Shown one piece after another: positions 26,281-34,361 of a DNA stretch of 51,456 nt. Source of the stretch: a virus (taxonomy: Duplodnaviria > Caudoviricetes); the IMG/VR virus record IMGVR_UViG_3300024232_000003, positions 1 to 51,456 of that record; one strand, 5' to 3'. The notes beneath the pieces are model-generated. The model did not search any database and had not been told where the DNA came from. It saw only the letters and a list, made by a program, of their open reading frames with translations. The position numbers were made by a program, and so were the translations under genes. Numbering within the stretch: the stretch's first letter is position 1; every line of letters starts with the position of its first letter.

Positions 26281-27327
26281 TCAGCTGGGATAGGTCGTCC
26301 CGTTCGATGCGCAAAAGTGTGGACGCCTATTTCGGGTATAAGGGGTCCACATGCAGTCCGTAAACCCTAGCGAAACATTGTGACTGCTTGGCGAGTAAGG
26401 AATGATCGTCTCGCGCATCCACTCTCCGCGGGCGATGGCAATCCAGAACCATCCGAGGTCGAGGCCGTAGAAAGGATTCGTGGTGTCGGCATCGAGGAAT
26501 GGCACGTACTTGACGCCGATCCCGCGAAACATAGGGTCGCCGCCATCCATGCTGGCGACGTCACGACCAAGATTGTCATTCTGCGACTCCATGCTTTCTT
26601 GCAGGGCCTGCCGCACTGCGTAGTTGGAGTAGTAGCGTGGCTTATACCCGTTGTTCGGGCTCGGGATGCCCTTGACCTGGGGCTTGAAATTGCACTTCTC
26701 TGCGGCCTCGCGGATCTGACGGATGAAATCATCGCGTGAAATCGCTGTGTAAGGCGCACACCAGTTCTGCCACCTGGGGTAGGTCGTCGAGCTGATGTTC
26801 GCAATGGCCGTGTAGCCAGTGAGCATGCCCGAGGTGAAGCCCTTGGTGGCGCCCTTGGTGACCCAGTAGGGCAGGCCGAAGGGAACCTTGAGGTCGGTGG
26901 CCGAGGGCGGCATCCAGAAGTTGCGCTCAAAGAGGTTCGCCAGGCTGATCTGCGCCATGATGCGCTGCTGCTTGACGAAATCGACGATGAGGGCCGGTTC
27001 TCGATTCATCGACACGAGTTGATGAATGAGCATCCAGCTCGTTTGCGTGTTGCGGAAGTTGATGCGGCCCTGGATCATGCCGTCCGTTTCGGTCACGTTG
27101 TCCGGCTCGGCCAGGCCCACGTTGCGCGCGGCCGTGCTCTGGTTGACCAGGGCGTTGAACTGCATGCCCACGCCGGAGCCGATCGTCACCCGATCTTCCA
27201 CCAGAAGCTCATCCATGACGACGAGCTGCTGGAGGTCGCTCGAAATGTCGGTCCAGTCCGGCTTGCCGAGGTCGTAGAGTGTGTCCGCTACGAAGTCGGC
27301 CACATTTTCCATCTGGATTACAGGCAC
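26281..27327 (-). CDS. Major capsid protein
   Basis: 348 aa after scaffold; strong GC3 bias; HK97-fold-like pattern (PFGLPYW, WQNW, FRGIGVKYVP). Confidence 0.75.
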   Translation of the reverse strand: MPVIQMENVADFVADTLYDLGKPDWTDISSDLQQLVVMDELLVEDRVTIGSGVGMQFNALVNQSTAARNVGLAEPDNVTETDGMIQGRINFRNTQTSWMLIHQLVSMNREPALIVDFVKQQRIMAQISLANLFERNFWMPPSATDLKVPFGLPYWVTKGATKGFTSGMLTGYTAIANISSTTYPRWQNWCAPYTAISRDDFIRQIREAAEKCNFKPQVKGIPSPNNGYKPRYYSNYAVRQALQESMESQNDNLGRDVASMDGGDPMFRGIGVKYVPFLDADTTNPFYGLDLGWFWIAIARGEWMRETIIPYSPSSHNVSLGFTDCMWTPYTRNRRPHFCASNGTTYPS

Positions 27328-27338
27328 TTCAAAACGCT

Positions 27339-27353
27339 TTCTGCGACGGTCTT
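27339..27353 (-). promoter_or_regulatory. Start-associated motif AAGACCGTCGCAGAA, copy 2
   Basis: 11 nt upstream of MCP GTG; no clear Shine-Dalgarno in between. Confidence 0.85.
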
Positions 27354-28317
27354 AGGATCGTTTGAAAGTATTACGCAGGTCTTGATCTTCTTTGGCCGTG
27401 GACGGGTTGACTGCCACGCCGTTCTCGCGAGCCCGGCGTTCAGCGTTCTTGATGGCGCGCTCGCGACCGAAGGGCTCCTGGTCGCTCTCGCGTTGCGTTG
27501 GGACCGCGGTTCCGCCGGCTTCCCACTCTTCGCGGGTGTAGCGGCCACGGCGTTGCGGACGTTCTACTGAAACGGGGGTTTCAGTTGACTTCTTCTCGAT
27601 CTTGAAAAGCTCGTCGGCCTTAGCCTTGAGCTTCGAGAGAAGTTGTTTTCCGGAGGTCACGCGGGCGTCGAGGCCGGTCTCCTGAAGCACCACCATGCGC
27701 CTGCGGAAGGTGGCCGGGTCGGAGGCCTTGAGGTCGTCGCCGGATCCGGCACCGAAGTAAGCCGCGTACTCCGGCCCCAGAGCCTCAAAGGCGTCGTCGA
27801 TCATCGACTTGGCCTGAGCGATGGAGCGTTCCTGATCGCGCGCTTTGGTTTGGGCCAACTCTTCACGGAGTTCCTTGAGGGCCTTGGCGTTCTCGGCGTC
27901 ACGAGTCTTGAGCTTGTTGAAGGCCCCGACGATCTTCTCGTCGTACTCTTCCGGCTTGAGGCCGAGATCGAGTTCCGGCTCGGGTTCAGGGGCCTTGGCT
28001 GGTGTCTGGGTGGACTGGAGGCGTTCACGCCACTCGTTGTCGCGGCGTTGGGCCTGCGTGAGGGCGATTCCGAGCGAGTCTGTCGTCATCTTGGCGCAGT
28101 CGGCCTCGGTGAAGCCGTAGTTCCTGGCCATTTCGAGGAGATAAGAAGGGTGAGCCGGCGGAGTGGATGAGTTCTTCGCCGGCTCGGGGGGTGTGACTTC
28201 CTTGAAAGTGCCGTCAGGATTGCGTTCCCGGGGCCTGGGAATGCCGTCCGGCTGGGACATATCGAGGTCGGTGTTGCCCAAATTCCTATTGGGAACTTCC
28301 GGTGTAGGCTCTGCCAA
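27352..28317 (-). CDS. Capsid scaffolding protein
   Basis: Acidic/coiled-coil; RERNPDGTF motif; between portal and MCP. Confidence 0.7.
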   Translation of the reverse strand: MAEPTPEVPNRNLGNTDLDMSQPDGIPRPRERNPDGTFKEVTPPEPAKNSSTPPAHPSYLLEMARNYGFTEADCAKMTTDSLGIALTQAQRRDNEWRERLQSTQTPAKAPEPEPELDLGLKPEEYDEKIVGAFNKLKTRDAENAKALKELREELAQTKARDQERSIAQAKSMIDDAFEALGPEYAAYFGAGSGDDLKASDPATFRRRMVVLQETGLDARVTSGKQLLSKLKAKADELFKIEKKSTETPVSVERPQRRGRYTREEWEAGGTAVPTQRESDQEPFGRERAIKNAERRARENGVAVNPSTAKEDQDLRNTFKRS

Positions 28318-28361
28318 TGCACATCACGTCTTCCCGCGTGGTCTTCGCTGAAGTGATGTTA

Positions 28362-28390
28362 AGCTTACGTCGATATGGAGATAGTGTCAA
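28362..28390 (-). promoter_or_regulatory. sigma70-like promoter for scaffold/capsid genes
   Basis: TTGACA (28390-28385), 17-nt spacer, TAAGCT (28367-28362). Confidence 0.65.
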
Positions 28391-28410
28391 AGAATCAACG
28401 ATTTGGGGCC

Positions 28411-28477
28411 AACTGCTACCCCGGTAGCAGTTCAACTGCGTACCGGTACGCAGTTCGACTGGACAGGGTGTCCAGTC
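28411..28477. repeat. Three tandem RACTG...CAGTY palindromes
   Basis: 28411-28432, 28434-28455 and 28457-28477, each separated by a single C. Confidence 0.85.
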
Positions 28478-28479
28478 CG

Positions 28480-28863
28480 TCAGATTCGAGGCCGTTTCTT
28501 GGGCGGTTCGGGCGGCAAAGCAGCCCCTCTTCCGCTCCAATTCTCGTCTCGATTCACGTATCCAGTGGCCTGGCAATATTGCCTCTGATGCTCCCGGCTC
28601 TTCCAGATGATTGAGCCGTCTGGAGCGAAGTCGGTCGGCACTCCGATGGCTGTGGCCGCAGCGCGAGCCTCTTCGACCTGGCTTGGGTGGACTCCGAGCG
28701 AGTCGGCTGCGTAGGGATAACTCGAAGCCTTGGCTCCCATTGGAGGCCCGGAGCCGGCCACGGGCAGAGGATGGCGTTCCCGGTAGGTGACCTCGTCTAC
28801 TTCGAGGTTGTCTAGGAAGTAGTGAGCCTCTTTGCCAAGCTCGATTCGGTCAGGCGTCTTCAC
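28480..28863 (-). CDS. Hypothetical protein between portal and scaffold
   Basis: LGVHPSQV...GVPTDF..DG; GTGA coupling. Confidence 0.7.
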   Translation of the reverse strand: MKTPDRIELGKEAHYFLDNLEVDEVTYRERHPLPVAGSGPPMGAKASSYPYAADSLGVHPSQVEEARAAATAIGVPTDFAPDGSIIWKSREHQRQYCQATGYVNRDENWSGRGAALPPEPPKKRPRI

Positions 28864-29117
28864 GTCGCGTCTCCGTATGCCTCGGCAATCTTATTCTTCA
28901 CCAGCTTATCGAACGCCTCGCCTTCGAGCCGCCTGATGTCTGACAGTTCCACTGGGAACTGGATGGCCAGGCCCCTCGCTATGATGCAGACGAGGGCCGG
29001 GCCTCGGCTCAAGTGTTGCATCGTCACGTTCACGGAATCAACGTCTCCGACGACGCGCTCCAGGCATTCGGCCAGTTTCTTCTCGCAGCCTGAACTACTG
29101 CCGGTTGTGACTTTCAT
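28860..29117 (-). CDS. Hypothetical protein
   Basis: AGGAGG RBS. Confidence 0.65.
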   Translation of the reverse strand: MKVTTGSSSGCEKKLAECLERVVGDVDSVNVTMQHLSRGPALVCIIARGLAIQFPVELSDIRRLEGEAFDKLVKNKIAEAYGDAT

Positions 29118-29130
29118 TGTGTCCTCCTTC

Positions 29131-29210
29131 TACAATGACGAAAGGCCGGCGTGTTGAAGCACGGCGGCCTCTCTCAACACAACCCGCTTTCTGAGGAGCG
29201 AGTCATGCCT
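29131..29210 (+). promoter_or_regulatory. Endonuclease leader element, copy 2
   Basis: TACAATGA; hairpin 29143-29170; 15-nt and 16-nt blocks identical to 12144-12158 and 12162-12177. Confidence 0.75.
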
Positions 29211-29669
29211 AGAACTTATGTTACTCACGGCCAATGCGTTGGTGGAGCCTCTCGCGAATACAAGTCTTGGTACAGCATGATCCAACGCTGCACCAATCCC
29301 AAGAATCGTTCGTATCCAGACTACGGAGCCAGAGGGATTACGGTCTGTTTTGAATGGAGAAAGTTTGAGGCGTTCTTTGCCGACATGGGCAAAAAGCCGT
29401 CTCTGCTGCACAGCCTTGATCGCAAAGACAACAGCAAGGGCTACTGCAAAGAGAATTGCCGCTGGGCCACAAAGACTGTGCAAAACAGGAACGCCAGAAG
29501 GAATCGACTTCTGACGTTCAGGGGAACAACGATGTGCGTCTCGGCTTGGGAAGAACACCTTGGCTTTACTCCCGAAACCATTCGCCAGAGGCTTGACAAG
29601 TGCCACTGGTCGATTGAAAAGGCATTGACCGCTCCGCAGAGGAATCTCACATCCGTCGTACAGCGTTAG
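29205..29669 (+). CDS. HNH-type homing endonuclease (antisense insertion)
   Basis: YKSWYSMIQRCTNP..YPDYGARGITVC..W..F..F..DMG...SLDRKDNSKGY.KENCRWAT..QNRN; start at 29205 from RBS. Confidence 0.88.
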   Translation: MPRTYVTHGQCVGGASREYKSWYSMIQRCTNPKNRSYPDYGARGITVCFEWRKFEAFFADMGKKPSLLHSLDRKDNSKGYCKENCRWATKTVQNRNARRNRLLTFRGTTMCVSAWEEHLGFTPETIRQRLDKCHWSIEKALTAPQRNLTSVVQR

Positions 29670-31470
29670 GCTGCCCATTCTTGGTGGGTTCGTTTGTCAT
29701 GGCGTTAACGGCTGCCATTTGTTGCCCGTTTGCGGTCGGCCCCGATTCGCTCCTTCGCACATAATTTCGAGTAGTATTTGCTGGTTTCCCCGGAGGTTCA
29801 GGTTGTCCCTGCCCGCCTTCGGTGTCAGCGGTTGCTGTCGGGGGTGGAACCATTTTCACTAATTCCAAAAGCTGAGGCATATCTCCAAGCTTTGCTTTCA
29901 TCGCAAGGTAGGCTTGGAAATCTAGTCCAACTCCTTGTTGTTGCAGGATTGGCGCTAGAGGAATCAAGATTTGCGACATCACTTGGTCGAGCGAAGCCAT
30001 CCTTTGTTCAGGCGACTTGTATTGCAAAGAATATGGGTCCACTCTGATCGCCATGTCCTCGAAGTCGTGGTCCCTGTTCATCATGCCCGGCTGCGGAGGC
30101 TGGCCTGGCATTCTCGCGGGGCCGACCTGCAATGGCGCTGTCACGTCGGGCATCCCCGGCAAGGTGTAGGTCAATTTCATGACCTTCGTTGGATCGTGAT
30201 GGAAGTACCAGCACAGGGCGTTCACTACGGATGAGGCGTGGGCGATGGCGCGCTGCTGCATGTCCGCGATCGTGGCCGAGCTGTTCTGCTGGAGCATTTC
30301 GTCCTGGGCGGCCGTCTTGCTTTGCGGGCTGAGGCCGCCGAGGGAGTCGAGGTTGCCGGCCTGCCAACTGAATAGCTCCTTGAAAGCGCCCATGAGTTGG
30401 AAGTTGTTCTGGTTGGGGCCGCCCCAGCTAATCGAATGGATCTGCTCGGGCCGGTCGGAGAGCATGGCCTCGCCGTCTTTGGTCGTCAGCAGTGTCTCGC
30501 CTTCCTTCGCCGCGGAGCCCGCCACGGCGATGACTTCCTTCTGTCGGTCGGCCTGGTCGATCAACTTGCGGATCATGGTGTTGACCGACTCGGCCAGGTC
30601 GATGAGGTTCTGAATGGGGGCCACGGGCATCGGGTTCCCTGGCAGGTAGCCCATGCTCAGGATGTGATAAGGGCCGGTGCGAGGACCGAGCCAGGGCTTG
30701 ATCTCCAAGGGCTCGTTCGAGTAGCCGCCGTTGCTGCCGATGTCGTCGTCTTGGAGCGTGATGATCAATTTGTGCCGGGGCAGGTAGAACTCCCACAGGT
30801 CGATCATCGGCTCAGCTTCTTCGTAGCCGGCCAGCGTAGTTCGGCCCACCACGCTAATGCGTTCGTCGCCTTCTTTGTTGTAGAGGGCGTCGTCGGTGGC
30901 CTGGAGGTCTCGCTTCTTGCCGTAGAGCTTCTGCGCTACCTTGAGAGGGATTCGGTAGCGATGGCCCATGAAAGCACACTGGTCGAAACGACGAGCATGA
31001 ACATCGAAAACGAAGTCGTCAAGGTCGATGGTTTCGGCGAAGGGCTCACCTGCACGTATTGCCCATCCGAGGTTCGCAGCCATACCTGGGTCAGCGAGCG
31101 ATACCTTAACAACTCCAAGACAGTACAAGGAATCATCGACGGCCCTTTGCAAGGTTTCTACCAGGTTAATGTTGACGATCTGTTTGTTGACCCAGGTCTC
31201 CATCGCGTTCACGACGGGCTTGATCTGCCGGTTGTCCGTGGTCAGCAGGGCCCGGGGGTTGTTGGCCACCAGCTTTCGGCCCACGATGGTCCGGTACATG
31301 CTGATGAGGTTGAGGGGCTGGGCCACCTCCGAGCCTTCGAGCGAGTTATGGATGCCGGCGGTCACGCGCACGGCGGCCACGCGCTCCTCGCGGGCAAAGC
31401 GCAGAACGAGCCGGGCCCGTTGGGCGCTGCAACAGAGTTGATCGAGATCGAGGTCTGCGGGGGCCTTCAT
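29647..31470 (-). CDS. Portal protein
   Basis: 607 aa directly after TerL; podoviral portal-like helical pattern with disordered Gln/Pro tail. Confidence 0.8.
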   Translation of the reverse strand: MKAPADLDLDQLCCSAQRARLVLRFAREERVAAVRVTAGIHNSLEGSEVAQPLNLISMYRTIVGRKLVANNPRALLTTDNRQIKPVVNAMETWVNKQIVNINLVETLQRAVDDSLYCLGVVKVSLADPGMAANLGWAIRAGEPFAETIDLDDFVFDVHARRFDQCAFMGHRYRIPLKVAQKLYGKKRDLQATDDALYNKEGDERISVVGRTTLAGYEEAEPMIDLWEFYLPRHKLIITLQDDDIGSNGGYSNEPLEIKPWLGPRTGPYHILSMGYLPGNPMPVAPIQNLIDLAESVNTMIRKLIDQADRQKEVIAVAGSAAKEGETLLTTKDGEAMLSDRPEQIHSISWGGPNQNNFQLMGAFKELFSWQAGNLDSLGGLSPQSKTAAQDEMLQQNSSATIADMQQRAIAHASSVVNALCWYFHHDPTKVMKLTYTLPGMPDVTAPLQVGPARMPGQPPQPGMMNRDHDFEDMAIRVDPYSLQYKSPEQRMASLDQVMSQILIPLAPILQQQGVGLDFQAYLAMKAKLGDMPQLLELVKMVPPPTATADTEGGQGQPEPPGKPANTTRNYVRRSESGPTANGQQMAAVNAMTNEPTKNGQPNAVRRM

Positions 31471-31482
31471 GGTGCCTTAGTG

Positions 31483-31497
31483 TTCTGCGACGGTCTT
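31483..31497 (-). promoter_or_regulatory. Start-associated motif AAGACCGTCGCAGAA, copy 3
   Basis: 12 nt upstream of portal ATG; overlaps the TerL stop. Confidence 0.85.
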
Positions 31498-33391
31498 AGT
31501 GTCTTCGTTCCAGCCGCTTGGCCTTGTTTTTGTTGAACTCTCTCCGCCACAGCCAACTCAACTCCGGCGGCCCTTCCTGTTTCAACGTCGCCTTGGCCCG
31601 CTTGGCGTGATCTTGACTCAGCAGCCAGGCCAGGGCATCGGCTATCACTCTGTCCCCGTGGTTCTCGCCGGCCCCGGATGGGTCGCGCTTGTCCAACGAA
31701 CCTGAATGATACACCGTGTTGCCATCCGGGCTTAGCTGGAAAAGCAGCGTCTCTTCCATCGCTATGTCGCTCAGGTTCAGGAAATCCCGGCTCTGCAAAG
31801 CGAACCGATAGGCCGACAGGATGAGCTTCTTGGCCTTCTTTTCGGGATTCCAACCCGGCCGATCGGCTGTCAGTTTGCGGAACCTCTTTGGGTTGGTTTC
31901 GTCGGTGTTCCAGTAGATCCTTCGATACCCAAGTTCAGCGACCTTGAGGCCGAAGGTGGCGCCGGGGCCGCCGCCTGACTCCCAGATCAGTTCGGCCGTC
32001 TGCTCGTCCTCCGCCACGAAGAACTTGCACAGGAAGATGACCAGCGGGGCCAGGTGTTCGGGGTAGATCCTGGGATTGACGTACTCGCCCACGCGTTCCC
32101 CGATGTCGGCGTTGAAGATGGTCACGCAACTGTTGGTCTTGCCGATGCCCTGGGACAGATCGCAGGCGATCTTGTAGGTGGCTGGAGGGAACCTGCCCAT
32201 CGAGTCGGGCCGCATCCACAGCTTCAAGGGGGCCGGCTCGTCTGGCTGGTGACCGACCATTTCCACGAGACGGTAAGTGTTGTCCTGTTTATCCACCCGG
32301 CCTTCCCACTCCGGTCGCCGGCAGAACTCCAGGGCCAGCTTCCGGATGATGTTGGGCTGGAAGAATTGGCTCACGGACCCCGAGGGGTTGATGTCCAACT
32401 CCTGGGCGGCCTCCACGTCCGAGCCGATCGAGATTACCTTCTTGTCGTACCAGGGAGAACGCAAGCCAGGGAACGGCCCGCCGTCCGGCTTCCCCGTGGT
32501 GTCGAATTTGTAACGCTCGGGGAACTCGTAGGTCTTGTCGATGATGTCGGGCCGGTTCTGCACCGCGTTCCATCGGTATAGGCCCTTGTTCTTGTCGGGA
32601 TGTTGCGACCAGTGAAACACGAATTTGACGATCTCGGGAGTCTGGGTCAGCTTGAAGAACTCTGTGGCGGTCCCCTGATGCGTTCCGTTGAAGAACCGGG
32701 AGTCGGAGGTCGAGGCTGTGCCCGCTCGTACGGCGGTGTCTTCCTTAATTCTCGGGAACTCGTCGATGAAGATGGTCGAGGCTCGACCGGAGACGCCGGC
32801 CGCCGAGGTCGAGGCCGTGCCCGTGATGTAGCTCTTGGTTTGTTCAAAGGCGAAGAACATCTGGTTTTCGACGATGGGGCCCTTGAACCAGTCGGGCATC
32901 CACTGGTGCATGAACCTGATCTTCCAGAACAACGAATCGGGGTCCTTGTCGTCGACGGCCTCGGCGTTCTTCGAGATGTTCAGGCTCTTGACGTATTTGT
33001 GATGCCGACAGAGCCAGTCTTGCATGATGAGCATGAGCCAGGAAATGCCCATGTCGCGCGACTTCTCCACCACCACGTCCTGATTGTTTTCGTAGCACCA
33101 CAACAGGCCCCTGTTGTCCTCGTCGTGCTCGTCCGCGGGCTCCTTCAGCAAAGCGTCGATCTGGAAGTCCCACGGAATGAACGGCCCGATGGCTTCCTTG
33201 CCCTTTTTGCGCGGATTGAATTGCCAGACCATCAGGGCCGTGTCGAAGATGATGTCTTGCGAGCACATCTTCCGGACTAGTCCGCGAGCGGCCGCGCTCT
33301 CGGCACAGGCCGAGAGGATGTCGCAGCGCCACTTCACGTTTTCGACGGGATCGGTTGGGACGGATTTGTAATACTGGCCGGGGCTCAGCAT
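31496..33391 (-). CDS. terL: Terminase large subunit
   Basis: Walker A VEKSRDMGISW; Walker B IFIDEF; nuclease IACDLSQG...HGDRVIADALA; probable start 33391. Confidence 0.9.
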   Translation of the reverse strand: MLSPGQYYKSVPTDPVENVKWRCDILSACAESAAARGLVRKMCSQDIIFDTALMVWQFNPRKKGKEAIGPFIPWDFQIDALLKEPADEHDEDNRGLLWCYENNQDVVVEKSRDMGISWLMLIMQDWLCRHHKYVKSLNISKNAEAVDDKDPDSLFWKIRFMHQWMPDWFKGPIVENQMFFAFEQTKSYITGTASTSAAGVSGRASTIFIDEFPRIKEDTAVRAGTASTSDSRFFNGTHQGTATEFFKLTQTPEIVKFVFHWSQHPDKNKGLYRWNAVQNRPDIIDKTYEFPERYKFDTTGKPDGGPFPGLRSPWYDKKVISIGSDVEAAQELDINPSGSVSQFFQPNIIRKLALEFCRRPEWEGRVDKQDNTYRLVEMVGHQPDEPAPLKLWMRPDSMGRFPPATYKIACDLSQGIGKTNSCVTIFNADIGERVGEYVNPRIYPEHLAPLVIFLCKFFVAEDEQTAELIWESGGGPGATFGLKVAELGYRRIYWNTDETNPKRFRKLTADRPGWNPEKKAKKLILSAYRFALQSRDFLNLSDIAMEETLLFQLSPDGNTVYHSGSLDKRDPSGAGENHGDRVIADALAWLLSQDHAKRAKATLKQEGPPELSWLWRREFNKNKAKRLERRH

Positions 33392-33561
33392 CTTGTTTTG
33401 GCCTTGCACCTGAAAGCCTGAAACTCCACCACCCATTCACTTCCTGTCCAGGCCAATCGGAAATTGAACCGATGAACAAGACCGCAGCCACAGCACTTCA
33501 TTCGCCAGCCACGCATCCTGGGGCGAATCCATTCTCCATCTTTTACTTGACCGTATCGCAC
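33385..33561 (-). CDS. Small Cys/His protein, 58 aa (not in ORF track)
   Basis: MRYGQVKDGEWIRPRMRGWRMKCCGCGLVHRFNFR; GAGGAGG RBS. Confidence 0.6.
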   Translation of the reverse strand: MRYGQVKDGEWIRPRMRGWRMKCCGCGLVHRFNFRLAWTGSEWVVEFQAFRCKAKTRC

Positions 33562-33815
33562 GTGACCTCCTCAAAATGCCTGACATATTCTCTCCTTTGG
33601 GTTTCGCAATGCGAAGCGTGGACAGTGTACGCCAAACAGTCCGCGATCTGACAAGCCACGTTGCCTTTGCCTATGACGTAATGCGAATCGGGCGGAAGCC
33701 TGACCGGCTCCGGGTCCAGGGCGATCCTTTTGTCGTTTTGAGTGGTGAACCACAGGATTCTCGCTCCGCAAAACTTACACTTCCCCTTCTGAGGTGCCGG
33801 GCACTGGTCTTGCAT
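33543..33815 (-). CDS. Zinc-finger protein (CxxCG..I.W..T..I.LDP..Y..H..C)
   Basis: Motif also present twice in 44486..45025. Confidence 0.7.
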   Translation of the reverse strand: MQDQCPAPQKGKCKFCGARILWFTTQNDKRIALDPEPVRLPPDSHYVIGKGNVACQIADCLAYTVHASHCETQRREYVRHFEEVTCDTVK

Positions 33816-34065
33816 TCTTGGCCTCCATTAGCTTCCTGGGCTCGATCACTCTCAGCTTCATCCCAGGAAACGGGTTGTAGACTCGCATGGATTCTGAAAA
33901 GTGAACTCTGGCGATCGTGCGCAGAGATCGGTAGCGATGGCCTCGATAATCAGCCATTGTCCAAGTCCCGGTCGGATTAAAGGTGAAGTTGTCAAGGCTC
34001 TGACGTGGCCTACCAAACAGCAGAGCGGCCACGGCTACCAAGAATGATCTACGCTCCATTCCCAT
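33775..34065 (-). CDS. Hypothetical protein with twin-arginine-like N-terminus
   Basis: MERRSFLVAVAALLFG; GGAGGAG RBS. Confidence 0.45.
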   Translation of the reverse strand: MGMERRSFLVAVAALLFGRPRQSLDNFTFNPTGTWTMADYRGHRYRSLRTIARVHFSESMRVYNPFPGMKLRVIEPRKLMEAKNARPVPGTSEGEV

Positions 34066-34321
34066 GCTCCTCCAGCACCAGCTTCTTGGCTTTGGCGGCG
34101 TCAAGAGCCGCTTGCGATGCTTTTATCTGGGAAGGGCTGCCTCGGTCCCACGTCACCTGGAGGTCTAGCTCAAAGTTTTCCAGTTCGAGCCTCTCCACTT
34201 CAGCCTGAAGCCGCCCTGCCTCGGCAATCAACTCCGCAATCAAATCAAGATACAAGTCGCCCTTGCAAGCCTGGTAGTCGGCCAGCATGACCTTGGCCTC
34301 TTGCAATCGCTCTGGCGTCAT
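34049..34321 (-). CDS. Hypothetical coiled-coil protein
   Basis: MTPERLQE...LIAEAGRLQAEVERL; GGAGGAG RBS. Confidence 0.6.
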   Translation of the reverse strand: MTPERLQEAKVMLADYQACKGDLYLDLIAELIAEAGRLQAEVERLELENFELDLQVTWDRGSPSQIKASQAALDAAKAKKLVLEEHGNGA

Positions 34322-34361
34322 TGATGCTCCTCCAACCACTTCCGACCCCGCTCCACCGCCT

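Noticed and set aside
28395-28410. TCAACGATTTGGGGCC resembling the VNDLG junction repeat
   Set aside because: Only ~10 nt exact, in the opposite orientation and a different context; likely chance.
28411-28477. Mini CRISPR array
   Set aside because: Units are non-identical palindromes with 1-nt spacers; no cas genes.
12172-29669. Group I introns or inteins housing the endonucleases
   Set aside because: The nuclease genes are intergenic and antisense; flanking genes are uninterrupted; no intron core or intein motifs seen.
15360-31497. 15-mer as att site or recombination repeat
   Set aside because: No recombinase is present, and the fixed distance to start codons points to expression control.
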